DNA from: an uncultured Clostridia bacterium
Lineage (GTDB): Bacteria; Bacillota; Clostridia; TANB77; CAG-508
Length of the DNA stretch: 64,000 nucleotides
NCBI GenBank assembly: GCA_944389475.1
Contig: CALXMM010000003.1
Coordinates: 64,847 to 128,846, forward strand
Direction: 5' to 3'
A program made the position numbers and the translations under genes. The notes below the pieces were generated by a model. That model made no database searches. It saw only the letters and a list, made by a program, of their open reading frames with translations, and was not told the DNA's origin. Below, in pieces: positions 29,501-37,915 of this stretch. The first letter of the stretch is position 1, and every line of letters starts with the position of its first letter.

Positions 29501-32500
29501 TATAATCTCCTGCCTCCAAATTAAATTTTGCTTGTCCATTAGAATCTGTTATATATTCACCAATAATTGTTTGTGGTGCATCCTTTGAGGCAATTGTAAA
29601 TTTAGCTCCTTCTATTGATGAATTTGTCTCTTCATCATATTTATTTATTAAAACTTGTCTAGAAACCTTCTTATAATAATATGTTACAACAACTCCATTT
29701 CCAGAATAAACTCCAGTTGCATTAGAAGGTGTATCTACCAACTCATAATCATCACTTAATTTATTATTTTCTATTGCACTTGTTGAATATTCCTCATCCT
29801 TTTTACCACTATATGTTTCATCTTTTGCAGTATCTCCATTCTTTAAAGGTACCGGTGTTGTTGTTCCATCTATATAATGATGTACTGTTAAAGGTATTTT
29901 CTTTTCTTGATAATAATATGTAACCTCTGTTATTCCTGGTTCAAAGGTTCCTGTTGCATTAGCAGGTATTACATATTCTCCATCCTCATCTTTTTCTAAT
30001 TCATATTCATTCAAATCCAATTTTGGACTTGTAGTATATTTTTCTCCATTCTTTCCTTCTAGTAATTCATCTTCTGCTACTTTTGTAGTTGAATATTGTC
30101 CATCTTCAGTTTTTAGATAATGATGTACTAAAACTTGTGATTTGTGAGTATTCTCAATTGTAAACTCATGACTTCCATCCTCTGTAAAGCTAATTTCCAA
30201 TGGTGTTGTATTTGGCTCATATCCTTCCGGTGCTTTTGTTTCTATTATTTCGTAATTTCCATAATGTACTTGTGCTATAGCTTGTCCAGAGCTATTTGTT
30301 GTTGCTTTAGCATAATAATTACTATCTATTTCTTTAATTATAAATGAAGCTCCCGGTAATTTAGCACCTGTCTTGCTATCTATTTTATTTATTATTAATT
30401 TATTTGTTTTTAATGCAAATGTTACAACAACAAATTTATCTTCTGTAACATTTGTAAATTGTGGCATTGTATATGTTCCATCTTCATTTGCTGTAAATGG
30501 CAATTCTTCGCCATTTACTGTAATATTAATTATTTCATAACCTTCCTCCGGTGTTATTATAATTGGTTTTGTGCTATTTTCTCCATATCTAATTGTTTCA
30601 TATGTATTCATTCCTTCTCCAGAAATAGAACCACCTTTTTTATCATCCATTGTTCTTGTAGCTGTTGTTATCTTCAAATCTTTTATTTCATTTTCAACAA
30701 CTAATTCTTGAGTTTCTGGAACACCAACTTGGTTAATAATATCAAGTATCATTCCATCAGAATCCCCATTATTCTCTAATGTATGATTATCAATTTGTAT
30801 AGTACTACTTGAGAAATATCCTCCAGCAATATCTCTTCCATCATATGTTTCTATTACTGTCTCTACATAATCATTACTACTTCCACCAATATTTTTAACC
30901 CATTCTATAATACCATTGTTAGTATACTTTATTAGAAGTCCATCATTACCTAATGAACCATTGTTGGTTAATATCTCACTTCCAAGTTGGATTGTACTAC
31001 TTGCATAATATCCACCTACGATATAACCACCATCAACAGACTCAGCAACTGAACGAATCTCATCATTATCACTACCACCTATATTATTGGTCCATTCTAC
31101 TTCGCCTGCATTATTATATTTTACAATTAAGCCATCATAACTTCCACTTATACTTGAATTTGATAATGTTTTATTATCTACTTGTACTGTACTACTCTTA
31201 AAGTATCCTCCTATAAGGACTCCGCCATCACTGGTTTCTATTACAGAATTAATATAATCATCTCTAGTTCCACCAATGCTCTTTGCCCATTCTACTTCGC
31301 CTGTATTATCGTATTTTATTACTAAACCATCTGTTTCTCCCTTATTTGATAATAATTCATTATCAATTTGAAGTGTACTACTTGCAAAATATCCTCCTAC
31401 GATTATTCCGCCATCATTTGTTACAAAAACAGATTGGATATAATCATAATCATTTCCACCAATATTTCTTGCCCATTCTACTTTTCCTTCACTAGTATAT
31501 TTTATTAAAAGGCCATCATATGGGTTAATTGAAACTGTACTATTATTTGTTAATTCTAGCTCATCTACTTTAATTGTACTACTTGCGAAATATCCACCGG
31601 CAATGCAGCCTCCATCACTTGTTGCTGAAACAGATTGGATATAATCATAACCACTTCCACCAACATTTTTAGCCCATTCCACTTTACCTTCGCTGTTGTA
31701 TTTAATTACTATTCCATCATTATTTCCACTATTTGCTAACACGATATTTCCTATACTTATCATTCCTTGGAAATATCCACCGGCAATACAGCCACCATCA
31801 CTTGTTGCTGTTACAGATACAATTTCATCATTGCTACTTCCACCAATATTATTTGCCCACTCTACTTCGCCTTTACTATTATATTTTATTACTAAACCAT
31901 CATTATTACCGTTATTTATTAAAGAAACATTTCCTACATCTATATTACCCTTAAAATAACCTCCGGCTAAGTATCCACCATCAATTGTTTTAGCTAGTGA
32001 AGTAATTTGTTCTGCCTTACTTCCTCCAACAACTTTTGATTTTAAAACTATTGGATTAGGTAATTCTTTATTTTCAAATTTTATTACTAAACCATCAATA
32101 CCATAACTTCCATTATTCGTTAATGTTCTGTTACCTACTTGAATTGTAGTGCTATTAAAATATCCTCCGGCAATATAACCTCTTCCATCACTCGTTGCTG
32201 ATACAGATTCTATGTAATCATTATTATTTCCACCTACATTTTCTGCCCATTGTGCTTCTCCATTAGCATTGTATTTTATTATGATTCCATCATAAGAATA
32301 ACTACCATTATTTTGAACAGTTTCATTTTCCAATTGTATTGTACTACTTTGGAAATAACCTCCTACAACAAAACCTTCATCAGCTGTAGCATAAATTGAT
32401 TCTATATAATCATATGCTGTTCCACCAATATTTTTAGCCCATTCTACTTCGCCATTAGCATTAAATTTAATTACTAATCCATCTATGCTACCATTATTTG

Positions 32501-35500
32501 ATACCATTTTTGTGCCTATATTAATTGTATTAGTTGTAAAATATCCTCCTGTTATAAATCCTCCATCACTTGCTTTTGTAACAGAAACAACACTATCTTT
32601 TTGTTCTATATTTTTTGTCCATTCAACTTCTCCGGATGCATTATATTTCATAAGAATACTTTCATCCTTAGAAAATCCTGCTACAATATAACTTCCATCT
32701 TCTACTTCTACTATAGAATTAACTCCATCTTGAGAATCAGCATTTCCAAATGAATCAAGCCAGTCTATTTCACCTTTTGCATTAAATTTAACTATAAAAG
32801 CATCCTCATATCCACTTGCTGCCTCACTATCAGAATTTGTTAATGTCCTATCTCCTATTTTAATTGAACTACTTGCAAAATATCCTCCTACAAGTACTCC
32901 GCCATCAGTAGTTGGGGCAATACTTTTAACTCCATCATTATAATTTCCTTCTACTTTCTTTACCCATTCCAAATCTCCTGATGAATTATATTTTATTATT
33001 ACTCCTTCTTTTAATCCATTACTCGTTAATTTTTCATTTTCTATTTGGATTGTATCACTTTGGAAATCTCCTCCTGCAACGAAGCCACCATCACTTGTTT
33101 CGGCAACTGATGTCATTTCATCTAGACCAGTTCCACCAATTACCTTTGTCCACTCTACTTCACCTTCTGCATCATATTTTATTATTATACCATCATAGTT
33201 ACCCTTATTTGTAAGTGTTTCATTTCCAATTTGAATTGTACTACTTGTAAAATATCCACATGCTAAATGTCCACCATCACTTGTTGCAGCTACTGAGCTA
33301 ATATAATCAGTTGAATCTCCTCCAACATTCTCTGCCCAAGTTGAGATCATTCCTTCTGGAACTTCTACAGATGTACCTATACCAAAATAATATACCTTAT
33401 TTTTTGTATCGTATTTGTCAGGTGCCTCTACTTCTACAGCCTTGTACAAACCTTCTGTTAAATCAACAACCAATTCGCCCTTTTCATCTGTAGAAACAGT
33501 ATAATATTCTCTTCCATTAATTAATTCTCTATCTCCAAGAATTTCACCCTTACTATTTAAAGCTGGCTTATCTGTTCCATCATCTATGCTATATATTGAA
33601 AATTTAACATTTGGTATTAATTCTCCTGTTTCCTTATCCTTCTTTATTAATTTAAAAGAAGGACTATCCTCTATTGTAAGTTTTACTGTATTTCCATCAA
33701 CAGTATAATTTTCTTCTTTACCTGATGTATTAATAAATTGCAATACACCATCTACATTTTGAACTTTAAATGTTATATCTTTTATATTTACATATCCTTG
33801 TGGTGCCAATACTTCCTTTAATGTATAAGTTGCACTTTCACCTTTTCCTTCTATATATTGGTACAAATTATTTATTGTAACTGTACCTGTGCTATCTGTC
33901 TCAAATTTACCTATTTCTTCTGTTCCTTTATACAATTTAAATTTTGCTCCTGAAAGATATGTTACTTCTGGAATTTCCTTTGTTTCTCCATCATTTTCCA
34001 ACTCTTCTTGAGCCTCTTCTTTGTCTTCTGTTAATCTTGATTCTATAGTTTTCTTTACTTTAATAATTTGCAAACTATATGTTGGTATCTTTTCATCTTC
34101 TAAATCCAATGTAACAGTTGGTATATTATTTTCTTCTGTAACTGTTTGATTCTTAACTGTTCCATTAGTAATTTGAACAGCGTAACTTCCATTGCTATTT
34201 ACTATTTTAAAAGTTATCGGATTAGATAAATAATATCCCTCTGCTTTTGTCTCTTGTAAAGTATATTCATAATCAACATATAATCCATTTATAGAAGCTT
34301 CTCCACTTGGGTTTGTAGTTAATATTCTACCGTTTTCAGGTAATTTATATCCTGTTAATCTATATTTAACATTTTGTAATGCCTTTTCTGTTCCTTGTTC
34401 TGTTTTATGTATTTTTAAACTTGCTTTAACTCCATCTTCTACTTTTACAATTACTTTATAATCCTGACCTTCTTGTTTTACAACTTGAATATCTTCTCTT
34501 GTTTTTCCTTGTGTCTTATCTACACTTAAATTTCCTTCGCCATCCATATGACCAGTAAATTTAATAATATCACTACTTAATTCATAATCACTTGGAACTT
34601 TTATTTCTTGTAATGAATATGATTTTTCTGCATATAAATCATTTATCGTTAATACACCTTGAGTATCTGTAACAGCCGTTTTGCTCTCACCTGTTTCATC
34701 ATCTGTAATACTATATGTTACCCCAGGTATAACTTTATCCATTCCAGCTTGATATTTTGTTAATTCTAAATTATATTTCTCTGCTATTCTAAAACCTAAT
34801 TTATCAGGTTCAGTTTGAGTTTTATATTTTCCTTGGTCAGTATCTATACTAAAATATACTCCGTGATGACTATAAGATACTTTATTAAGTTCAATTCCTT
34901 CTGGTATTTTTACTGTATAATTAAACACATACTCTGTCTCTGTTGGCATTACATATTCGCCTAAATCTATTAAATATGTTTTTATATTATCCCAATTTGT
35001 TACTTCTTCTGCAGTTTTCCATCCATTTTGTTCATTAGTTAAATCTCTATCCGGATTTTCATTTTCAGAATAATACAATGTTGCATATTGTTGTAAGTCT
35101 TCTGGAACTGTTATACCAGTATCTTTCATCCTTGTTGTGAATTCAGAATTCAAATTTTCTCCACTTATTGCATATGTGTTTCCTTCAAAAGGTATTTTAC
35201 CTAAAATTTGTATATCACTTATTGTATTTTCAGAATTGTTACGTATTTGAACACCTATTGTTACTTCTTTTTCTTCTTCTGGAGATGTTACCCCATACAC
35301 TGGTTTTACATCCGCAACTTGTGGTGATACTATTTGACTTCCTTTATCATCATAATTACTTCCTATTTGGTTTGTTAGTAAACTATTTGATGAAACAAAA
35401 CTCATATTTATAGTATTATAATTTACTTTTTCTTCTGTGTTTAGGTTATCATTTACATCATAAATATCATTTGCAGAATAATAATAATCACTATCTACTC

Positions 35501-37673
35501 CATTTGCTGAATATAATTCTATTGTACTATCTTTAGCAGATATTCTTGAGTCCGGTGTTAAGCTTACATCAATAGTTATATTATATGATTGTGGTGTCTC
35601 ATCTGCATTTTGTGTGTTAATCTTTATTAATTTAATTCCATCACGCTCTACTAATTCATAACTTGTTATTCCAACATTTCCATTATCTATTTCCACATTA
35701 TTAATTTCTGCAGAAAGTATTTCTTCTGGTAATTTAACAATAAAACTACCATTTACCCATCCACCTTCATTATTTGCACTATCATAACTAGCACTTATTG
35801 TAATTTTTTCATTTTTAGTTGTTGATTGAATAGGAATTATGTTTTCACTTATTCCAACCTTTGCAATAGAAAATGGCTCTTCATATAATGCTGTTCCTTC
35901 TGAAGTTCCTAAATCTGTTCCATTCATGTATGCTACAAAAGATGATTCTATATTTTTAAAATTATCAAAATCTTCTCTTGTGTATGTAGTTGTAATATAC
36001 TCATCATCCAATACTTTTAAATTATATACATATATGGTACTATTTGCATTTGTATCGCTTGTTTCTACTCTTATATGTTTTACTGGGAATTCATATGTAT
36101 ATGGGTTTTCACTAGTATAATTAGACCAATTTTCCTTTGTAAATGTTGCTAATAAATCTCCGGTTTCATCATCATATACTTTAATCCAACCATCTTCTTT
36201 TAATAGATTATCTGCTCCTGAGAATGCTATTCCTATATTTGATGTAGCATTTTCCATACTCTCTTTACTTGAATCCACTTTAATAAAATTATCAGATATT
36301 TGTTCTTGTCCATCAGGTGTTTCTTTTAATACTAATCCAGTTGATTCGCCTTCTGCTCCTAAATTTACATTCCAAACAACTTGATATTTATCATCATTTT
36401 CATCTTCATTTGTTCCATTATATATTTTTAATGGCTTTTCTTTAGAAACTATAAACCTACCTTCTGGATTATATAAATATTTACCAACTATTGTTTCTAA
36501 AGTTGTTTCAACAGATACAGGCTGAATATATGTAGCAGTTAAAATTCCTGTTGCAGTATTAGAAGTATATGGGTTTGTAAACTCACTACTTGTATTGTTA
36601 TATCCTTCATAATACGTACTTACAGGTATTTTTAATACTATTTCCCCCATATTTTGATATGCCTCTAATGGATATACCACTTGTACAGTATATGAATTAT
36701 CTCTAGATATGCCACTTGTTACAGTTCCATCTTCTTCTACTTGAGCTTCTCTATATATCTCTAGGACTTTAGTTTCTGCATCATAGTAAGAATCTGCATT
36801 ACTTCCGGTATATGTAACACTTATTGGGTCAAATCCGTTTAATTGTGGTATTTCGGCTGTTACATGATTATCTTTTAAGATTAATTCTTTGTCTGTTTCC
36901 TGTGTATCTATACTAAAATCCAATGTTACTGTTTTATTATTTTCATCAATCCTATTCTCTAAAGAATAGGTACTTTGAGTTTGATTAATTATTTCTGCAT
37001 TTGCAGTTCCATACCAATCAACATTAAAATTAACAGTTTTTGTTATTGGAGTTTCTTGGTCATCTGCATTTACATATGTTCCTGTTAATGTAATACTGTC
37101 CAACTTGCTATAATTATTTACATTGTCACCTATTGCTGAATTTATACTCGCCGGATTAGAATAATCTCCACTTCTAACTAATCCTGTTATAACTTTTTGT
37201 GTTTCACTGTTCAAATCATTAAATTCAATAGTTCTAATATTATTTCCAATATAGTTATCTTTTAGTTGTTCATCTTGAGGAAGGGATGTTTGAAAATAGA
37301 AATTACCATCATTTATCGTAATTTTTGCATCTTTTAGATAACCTGCTGTATCAACACTAAGATTCATGTACAAGATATCTTCTTGTCCTATTTGTTTGCA
37401 AGTTCCTCTAATCTTTTCTTCATTTCCATCACCATCTAAATCACGCAAAAAGAAAGCATCGAATTTAACACATTCATTTGTATCATCAACTATTTCTTCA
37501 CCATCTTTTACTTGGTCATATTCTATTGATTTTGCTAGTTCTGAGTTTTTCTTTGCAATATTCACTCTTTTTACATTAACAATGGCAATTCCAATTACCA
37601 TTGCTAAAATTATTGCAACTATTCCTCCTATCAAAATTAGTTTTACTTTCATTCCATTGTGATTTTTTAACAT
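20562..37673 (-). CDS. Giant (5703 aa) multidomain cell-surface protein with a C-terminal sorting signal
   Basis: Unbroken 17.1-kb ORF in AT-rich DNA.
- N-terminal TM.
- Cna-B/SpaA-like domains (e.g. YNLELTKYQAG...TINDLY...YSLQEIKVPSDYEL).
- 14 SBBP-type blades (GG..DYI.SV..TSDGG...GGYF.S.TIQ.GN..L.N.G..DGLIIKY...GEVEW).
- 11 Cna_B repeats (VTKVWDDN.N..GKRP.SV).
- MucBP-like units (V.VHHY......YYY).
- DUF11-like modules (TYTVRIKNTGN...LPEG).
- C-terminal SVETGEF, a hydrophobic segment and a KRHKDKK tail. Confidence 0.9.
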   Translation of the reverse strand: MLKNHNGMKVKLILIGGIVAIILAMVIGIAIVNVKRVNIAKKNSELAKSIEYDQVKDGEEIVDDTNECVKFDAFFLRDLDGDGNEEKIRGTCKQIGQEDILYMNLSVDTAGYLKDAKITINDGNFYFQTSLPQDEQLKDNYIGNNIRTIEFNDLNSETQKVITGLVRSGDYSNPASINSAIGDNVNNYSKLDSITLTGTYVNADDQETPITKTVNFNVDWYGTANAEIINQTQSTYSLENRIDENNKTVTLDFSIDTQETDKELILKDNHVTAEIPQLNGFDPISVTYTGSNADSYYDAETKVLEIYREAQVEEDGTVTSGISRDNSYTVQVVYPLEAYQNMGEIVLKIPVSTYYEGYNNTSSEFTNPYTSNTATGILTATYIQPVSVETTLETIVGKYLYNPEGRFIVSKEKPLKIYNGTNEDENDDKYQVVWNVNLGAEGESTGLVLKETPDGQEQISDNFIKVDSSKESMENATSNIGIAFSGADNLLKEDGWIKVYDDETGDLLATFTKENWSNYTSENPYTYEFPVKHIRVETSDTNANSTIYVYNLKVLDDEYITTTYTREDFDNFKNIESSFVAYMNGTDLGTSEGTALYEEPFSIAKVGISENIIPIQSTTKNEKITISASYDSANNEGGWVNGSFIVKLPEEILSAEINNVEIDNGNVGITSYELVERDGIKLIKINTQNADETPQSYNITIDVSLTPDSRISAKDSTIELYSANGVDSDYYYSANDIYDVNDNLNTEEKVNYNTINMSFVSSNSLLTNQIGSNYDDKGSQIVSPQVADVKPVYGVTSPEEEKEVTIGVQIRNNSENTISDIQILGKIPFEGNTYAISGENLNSEFTTRMKDTGITVPEDLQQYATLYYSENENPDRDLTNEQNGWKTAEEVTNWDNIKTYLIDLGEYVMPTETEYVFNYTVKIPEGIELNKVSYSHHGVYFSIDTDQGKYKTQTEPDKLGFRIAEKYNLELTKYQAGMDKVIPGVTYSITDDETGESKTAVTDTQGVLTINDLYAEKSYSLQEIKVPSDYELSSDIIKFTGHMDGEGNLSVDKTQGKTREDIQVVKQEGQDYKVIVKVEDGVKASLKIHKTEQGTEKALQNVKYRLTGYKLPENGRILTTNPSGEASINGLYVDYEYTLQETKAEGYYLSNPITFKIVNSNGSYAVQITNGTVKNQTVTEENNIPTVTLDLEDEKIPTYSLQIIKVKKTIESRLTEDKEEAQEELENDGETKEIPEVTYLSGAKFKLYKGTEEIGKFETDSTGTVTINNLYQYIEGKGESATYTLKEVLAPQGYVNIKDITFKVQNVDGVLQFINTSGKEENYTVDGNTVKLTIEDSPSFKLIKKDKETGELIPNVKFSIYSIDDGTDKPALNSKGEILGDRELINGREYYTVSTDEKGELVVDLTEGLYKAVEVEAPDKYDTKNKVYYFGIGTSVEVPEGMISTWAENVGGDSTDYISSVAATSDGGHLACGYFTSSTIQIGNETLTNKGNYDGIIIKYDAEGEVEWTKVIGGTGLDEMTSVAETSDGGFVAGGDFQSDTIQIENEKLTSNGLKEGVIIKYNSSGDLEWVKKVEGNYNDGVKSIAPTTDGGVLVGGYFASSSIKIGDRTLTNSDSEAASGYEDAFIVKFNAKGEIDWLDSFGNADSQDGVNSIVEVEDGSYIVAGFSKDESILMKYNASGEVEWTKNIEQKDSVVSVTKASDGGFITGGYFTTNTINIGTKMVSNNGSIDGLVIKFNANGEVEWAKNIGGTAYDYIESIYATADEGFVVGGYFQSSTIQLENETVQNNGSYSYDGIIIKYNANGEAQWAENVGGNNNDYIESVSATSDGRGYIAGGYFNSTTIQVGNRTLTNNGSYGIDGLVIKFENKELPNPIVLKSKVVGGSKAEQITSLAKTIDGGYLAGGYFKGNIDVGNVSLINNGNNDGLVIKYNSKGEVEWANNIGGSSNDEIVSVTATSDGGCIAGGYFQGMISIGNIVLANSGNNDGIVIKYNSEGKVEWAKNVGGSGYDYIQSVSATSDGGCIAGGYFASSTIKVDELELTNNSTVSINPYDGLLIKYTSEGKVEWARNIGGNDYDYIQSVFVTNDGGIIVGGYFASSTLQIDNELLSNKGETDGLVIKYDNTGEVEWAKSIGGTRDDYINSVIETSDGGVLIGGYFKSSTVQVDNKTLSNSSISGSYDGLIVKYNNAGEVEWTNNIGGSDNDEIRSVAESVDGGYIVGGYYASSTIQLGSEILTNNGSLGNDGLLIKYTNNGIIEWVKNIGGSSNDYVETVIETYDGRDIAGGYFSSSTIQIDNHTLENNGDSDGMILDIINQVGVPETQELVVENEIKDLKITTATRTMDDKKGGSISGEGMNTYETIRYGENSTKPIIITPEEGYEIINITVNGEELPFTANEDGTYTMPQFTNVTEDKFVVVTFALKTNKLIINKIDSKTGAKLPGASFIIKEIDSNYYAKATTNSSGQAIAQVHYGNYEIIETKAPEGYEPNTTPLEISFTEDGSHEFTIENTHKSQVLVHHYLKTEDGQYSTTKVAEDELLEGKNGEKYTTSPKLDLNEYELEKDEDGEYVIPANATGTFEPGITEVTYYYQEKKIPLTVHHYIDGTTTPVPLKNGDTAKDETYSGKKDEEYSTSAIENNKLSDDYELVDTPSNATGVYSGNGVVVTYYYKKVSRQVLINKYDEETNSSIEGAKFTIASKDAPQTIIGEYITDSNGQAKFNLEAGDYIATEIEVPEGYKLPENNVSEFSVSRENDIVTLNISNARLKGTVITHYYIEDTNTNVPNNSNGVVEDVVQTGNVGEIYATKEADNVSENYELVSTEGETSGIIQKDTIEVTYYYRLKSASVLVHHYIDGTDINVPSKNGGVVEDELINGRVTDTYNTSESENVANNYEVVEENLPKNSNGTMTLEQIVVTYYYKLKEPTIEQSKIDKTSTLEKVTEKDQAVPYSITYSANVDTYIGEAEVIIVDTLPYAIDKEKSNLNDGNYDENTNTITWTESITGIDTFANGEKQINVTKNISLVYQNLDVTKASVTNKVTGTLNLKTPEKTNTVENTKDIPTEFLKDVKVTKVWNDNGNSAGKRPNSVTLVLTGNGQTYKQPISSINAVAENENNWEYTFIDLPEYDESGKEIDYQVSEERSLEDNNKFYVESYDQTSKTITNTFSVPDEKITVTAKKYWDDNGNSAGKRPETAILTLTGKGEGVDISKEQEITLSNRVAGDDNTWEYTFTELPKYDNNGDEVVYTINEKNIESIFYIKSDVNQETRTITNTFHVPGDKVDVVVTKVWDDNNNFAEKRPASATLQVKNGNQVVASEAVTIDDAVNGDQNKWSHTFNVPKYDENGDVITYTADEENLKNKFYTRENTVIDGNMESGYTITNKFVVPNERISIPVTKIWDDNNNFAGKRPSSVTMKLKGIGEGVDSSYEEELTTENVDSSNENIWRFTFTDLPNLDEKGNEINYVLSEKLDNIYYKPENSKVEQDTKTITNTFKVPTDKITIPVVKIWDDNNNIANKRPDDVVLVLTGNDGSNPHKATLSGHNADLNDGNKWLYTFTDLPKYNSVNGDEIIYTLSEEDLGNKFYTRANTVINQEEKTVTNKFEVPDERTQVTVNKVWNDNNNRAGKRLNSVTISISGNGKTEEVVLNSGYAVENQNIWEYTFTNLQKLDSMGDEIEYTIAEEESKEENSKFYTSSVSQLTKTVTNTFQVPDERISVPVTKVWDDNGNSAEKRPSSLTMVLRGTGEGVNTSYEQELTSQNADPSNNNHWTYTFSDLPKYDANGDEIEYLLGEKLENIYYTNLNSDIDQDTKTITNKFKVPNDKISIPVTIDWNDNGNIANKRPSSIDIVVTASDGSGPYRNSLTKDNVDDTDSNKWTYTFMELPKYNSVNGDEITYSVNEENVNSKFYITSVDQQTRTITNTFSVPDETVSVTAKKVWDDNENFAEKRPDSAILTVTGIGEGVNISKEEKVTEDDAINEDKNTWEYTFTNLPKYDDYGDEISYTINEKDIESIFYIKSNLNQETRTVTNKFQVPGDKANIVVTKVWDDNGDIAGKRPASVTLQVKNESGIVASEVVTEKNAVNGDKNRWQYTFSVPKYDEKGNIINYSADEENLNDKFYTAENKIISGDMNSGYTISNKFVVPDERISVPVAKVWDDNENSKGKRSSSVIMVLRGTGEGVNTSYKQELTSQNADPSNNNTWTYTFNNLPRLDNYGNDIIYTVDEEDLGNKFYKKGSIDQISKTVTNISVYGRVIVHHYIMDDNGITTTTKVPSIDGGEVQDDIIEGAQGEEYTTNPAGNIMQNYELVQERIPNNKTGEITKEDTEVIYYYRLKNPSGTNTIEKSGTDKITSANQEMNYTITYNANINDYIGNAEVTIIDTLPYALDTSKSNDLDGGTYNETDRTITWAENVSNLNSYNGKGTVNITKNIKVFYVGLDMNQEKITNNVKGHIKLLTPERISKEASNNFESTIYKPIISAEKFVDKTETSEKDKVTYTVRIKNTGNLGKTVTLADSLPEGMSFDSSTQIKVGNIGTSYTEENLKSGIQVDVPEFTTVDVVFAGIVDDLAEGEYSKALKNVASVDNKQTNEVITNVTKANISAKQESDPANGSKVRESDTITYRIKLKNDGTRDGTALVKDVIPTGTTFVDGSIKVGDIADSSKTALDLQNGINVAVGINFEVIVEFKVIVNTLVDGTILKNIVYINTNGQDEKIPEELQHTYVEPKDNPEISMTGTSAIENLDQEITYNISYFTQISDYEGKAKVVLVDKLPYALDETKSELDGGTYDALNKTITWEQEVQGMQLTETKEVSINKQIKVVYQGITQNTVSIENIVNAHIEYETPERIGDEVTAKCTTTTGFIVNIPVSKVWEDEDNKLGQRPTKVVFKLKGSDGSERTMELAKPGTKGTTTTQDSTNPNKWNDIFTNLPKYDVNNQEIKYTVTEINGDLSYYSATVDNTGRVVTNTNKYGKVTVHHYIMNLDGTKTTNKVIGTDGQEIQDEVIEGKEGEPYKAKPAENINEKYELVQDATVGNSEGILEKYNEEKPQEVTYYYRLKPAKVIIHYIEKDLDDNDGNNQVLANNEQIDGHVDDQYNTDTEHKKDKIEKDGKTYTLVSKSGNVQGNMTVADTNVTYYYLQNTRATVRYVERDSETHQIIKDLETPYTKEGLVGDEFVTNSKNFQGYKLVESPEKTKIKMTKEEQTLIYYYEKIKTKLLENHIDDITGKILYTEEHNVPVGDNYNISSKNFEGYDLVENKLPENNKGTIGEEAVTVNYYYIKKAVLEVNYIDRETGEPLAEQIVDDTKHEGDSYTTEQRSIEDYDLVDVSSNANGILAVETDEQGNITNNRTVVTYYYAKKSTGVEVHHIDILSGEELEPLTLQEGHIGDLYDIKPKEFLSYAVAETDKNGNNILPANAKGKMTKDKIVVNYYYYQPAKVIVHFVDKTTGKEIEETNSKTGELQNSQVILEGQKDDEYTTNPKEFEYYSLVESPKDSSGKMKVEITKDKDDKDIVNNTIELYYYYEPKPFNLGVEKEITGIIINGNRRSATNGKLERVEIYRKSTENTSVQIEYKIKVINTSKVEGRAIIEDKLPEGMSLAHNDGTWEENNGTLRKVIPEIKGGETKEYTVLLNWKGSGENMGNKVNEVSLIQTDNVPGFKDENDKDNTDEATAIISVETGEFPTGLLFVLAILVVLESVTLRYAVVLTKRHKDKK
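24965..28495 (-). repeat. Array of 11 tandem Cna_B-type repeats with higher-order segmental duplication
   Basis: Eleven (V/I)(T/A)K(V/I)W(D/N)DN.N...KR(P) units of about 95 aa. Unit types follow the order A-B-C-D-E / A-D-E / B-C-D. The segments at about 25.2-26.0 kb and 27.45-28.25 kb are about 80% identical at nucleotide level, as are those at 25.98-26.30 kb and 26.95-27.27 kb. Confidence 0.8.
30745..33345 (-). repeat. Two tandem seven-blade SBBP-type beta-propeller repeat sets (gene 1)
   Basis: 7 + 7 blades of about 60 aa, counted from the translation. The two sets are split by KFENKELPNPIVLKSKVVGG (about nt 32060). Confidence 0.75.
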
Positions 37674-37915
37674 CTATATTCCCCCAAGAAATAACTAATA
37701 TTTCCTTTTATATTTCATTTATTGTATCAAGTTTATTTCTTATATTAAATAGCTCTTTTTTCTAGTTTTCTTGGGCTGTTTTAGGTATATTTACGCAAGC
37801 TATTGGTGCACGCTTTAGGTTTTAATATTACATTTTTATGTTTTTTTCGATATAGTTTGTCAAATAAGAATATAAAGCTCTCTTTTATTGTATTTCCGTA
37901 AGGTTTTCGGTTTTT
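37674..37915 (-). promoter_or_regulatory. Conserved leader/promoter region of giant gene 1 with an RBS-sequestering helix
   Basis: Homologous to 55094-55355. The arms at 37767-37775 and 37683-37691 are perfectly complementary (CCCAAGAAA / TTTCTTGGG) and cover the SD. A conserved AAAAATGTAATATTAAA block may be an extended -10 element. Confidence 0.5.

Noticed and set aside
37700-37730. Seven-codon uORF (MKYKRKY) inside leader 1, and an overlapping out-of-frame ORF starting at the ATG in leader 2 (about 55118).
   Set aside because: They are not conserved between the two leaders in position, frame or sequence, and neither has an RBS.
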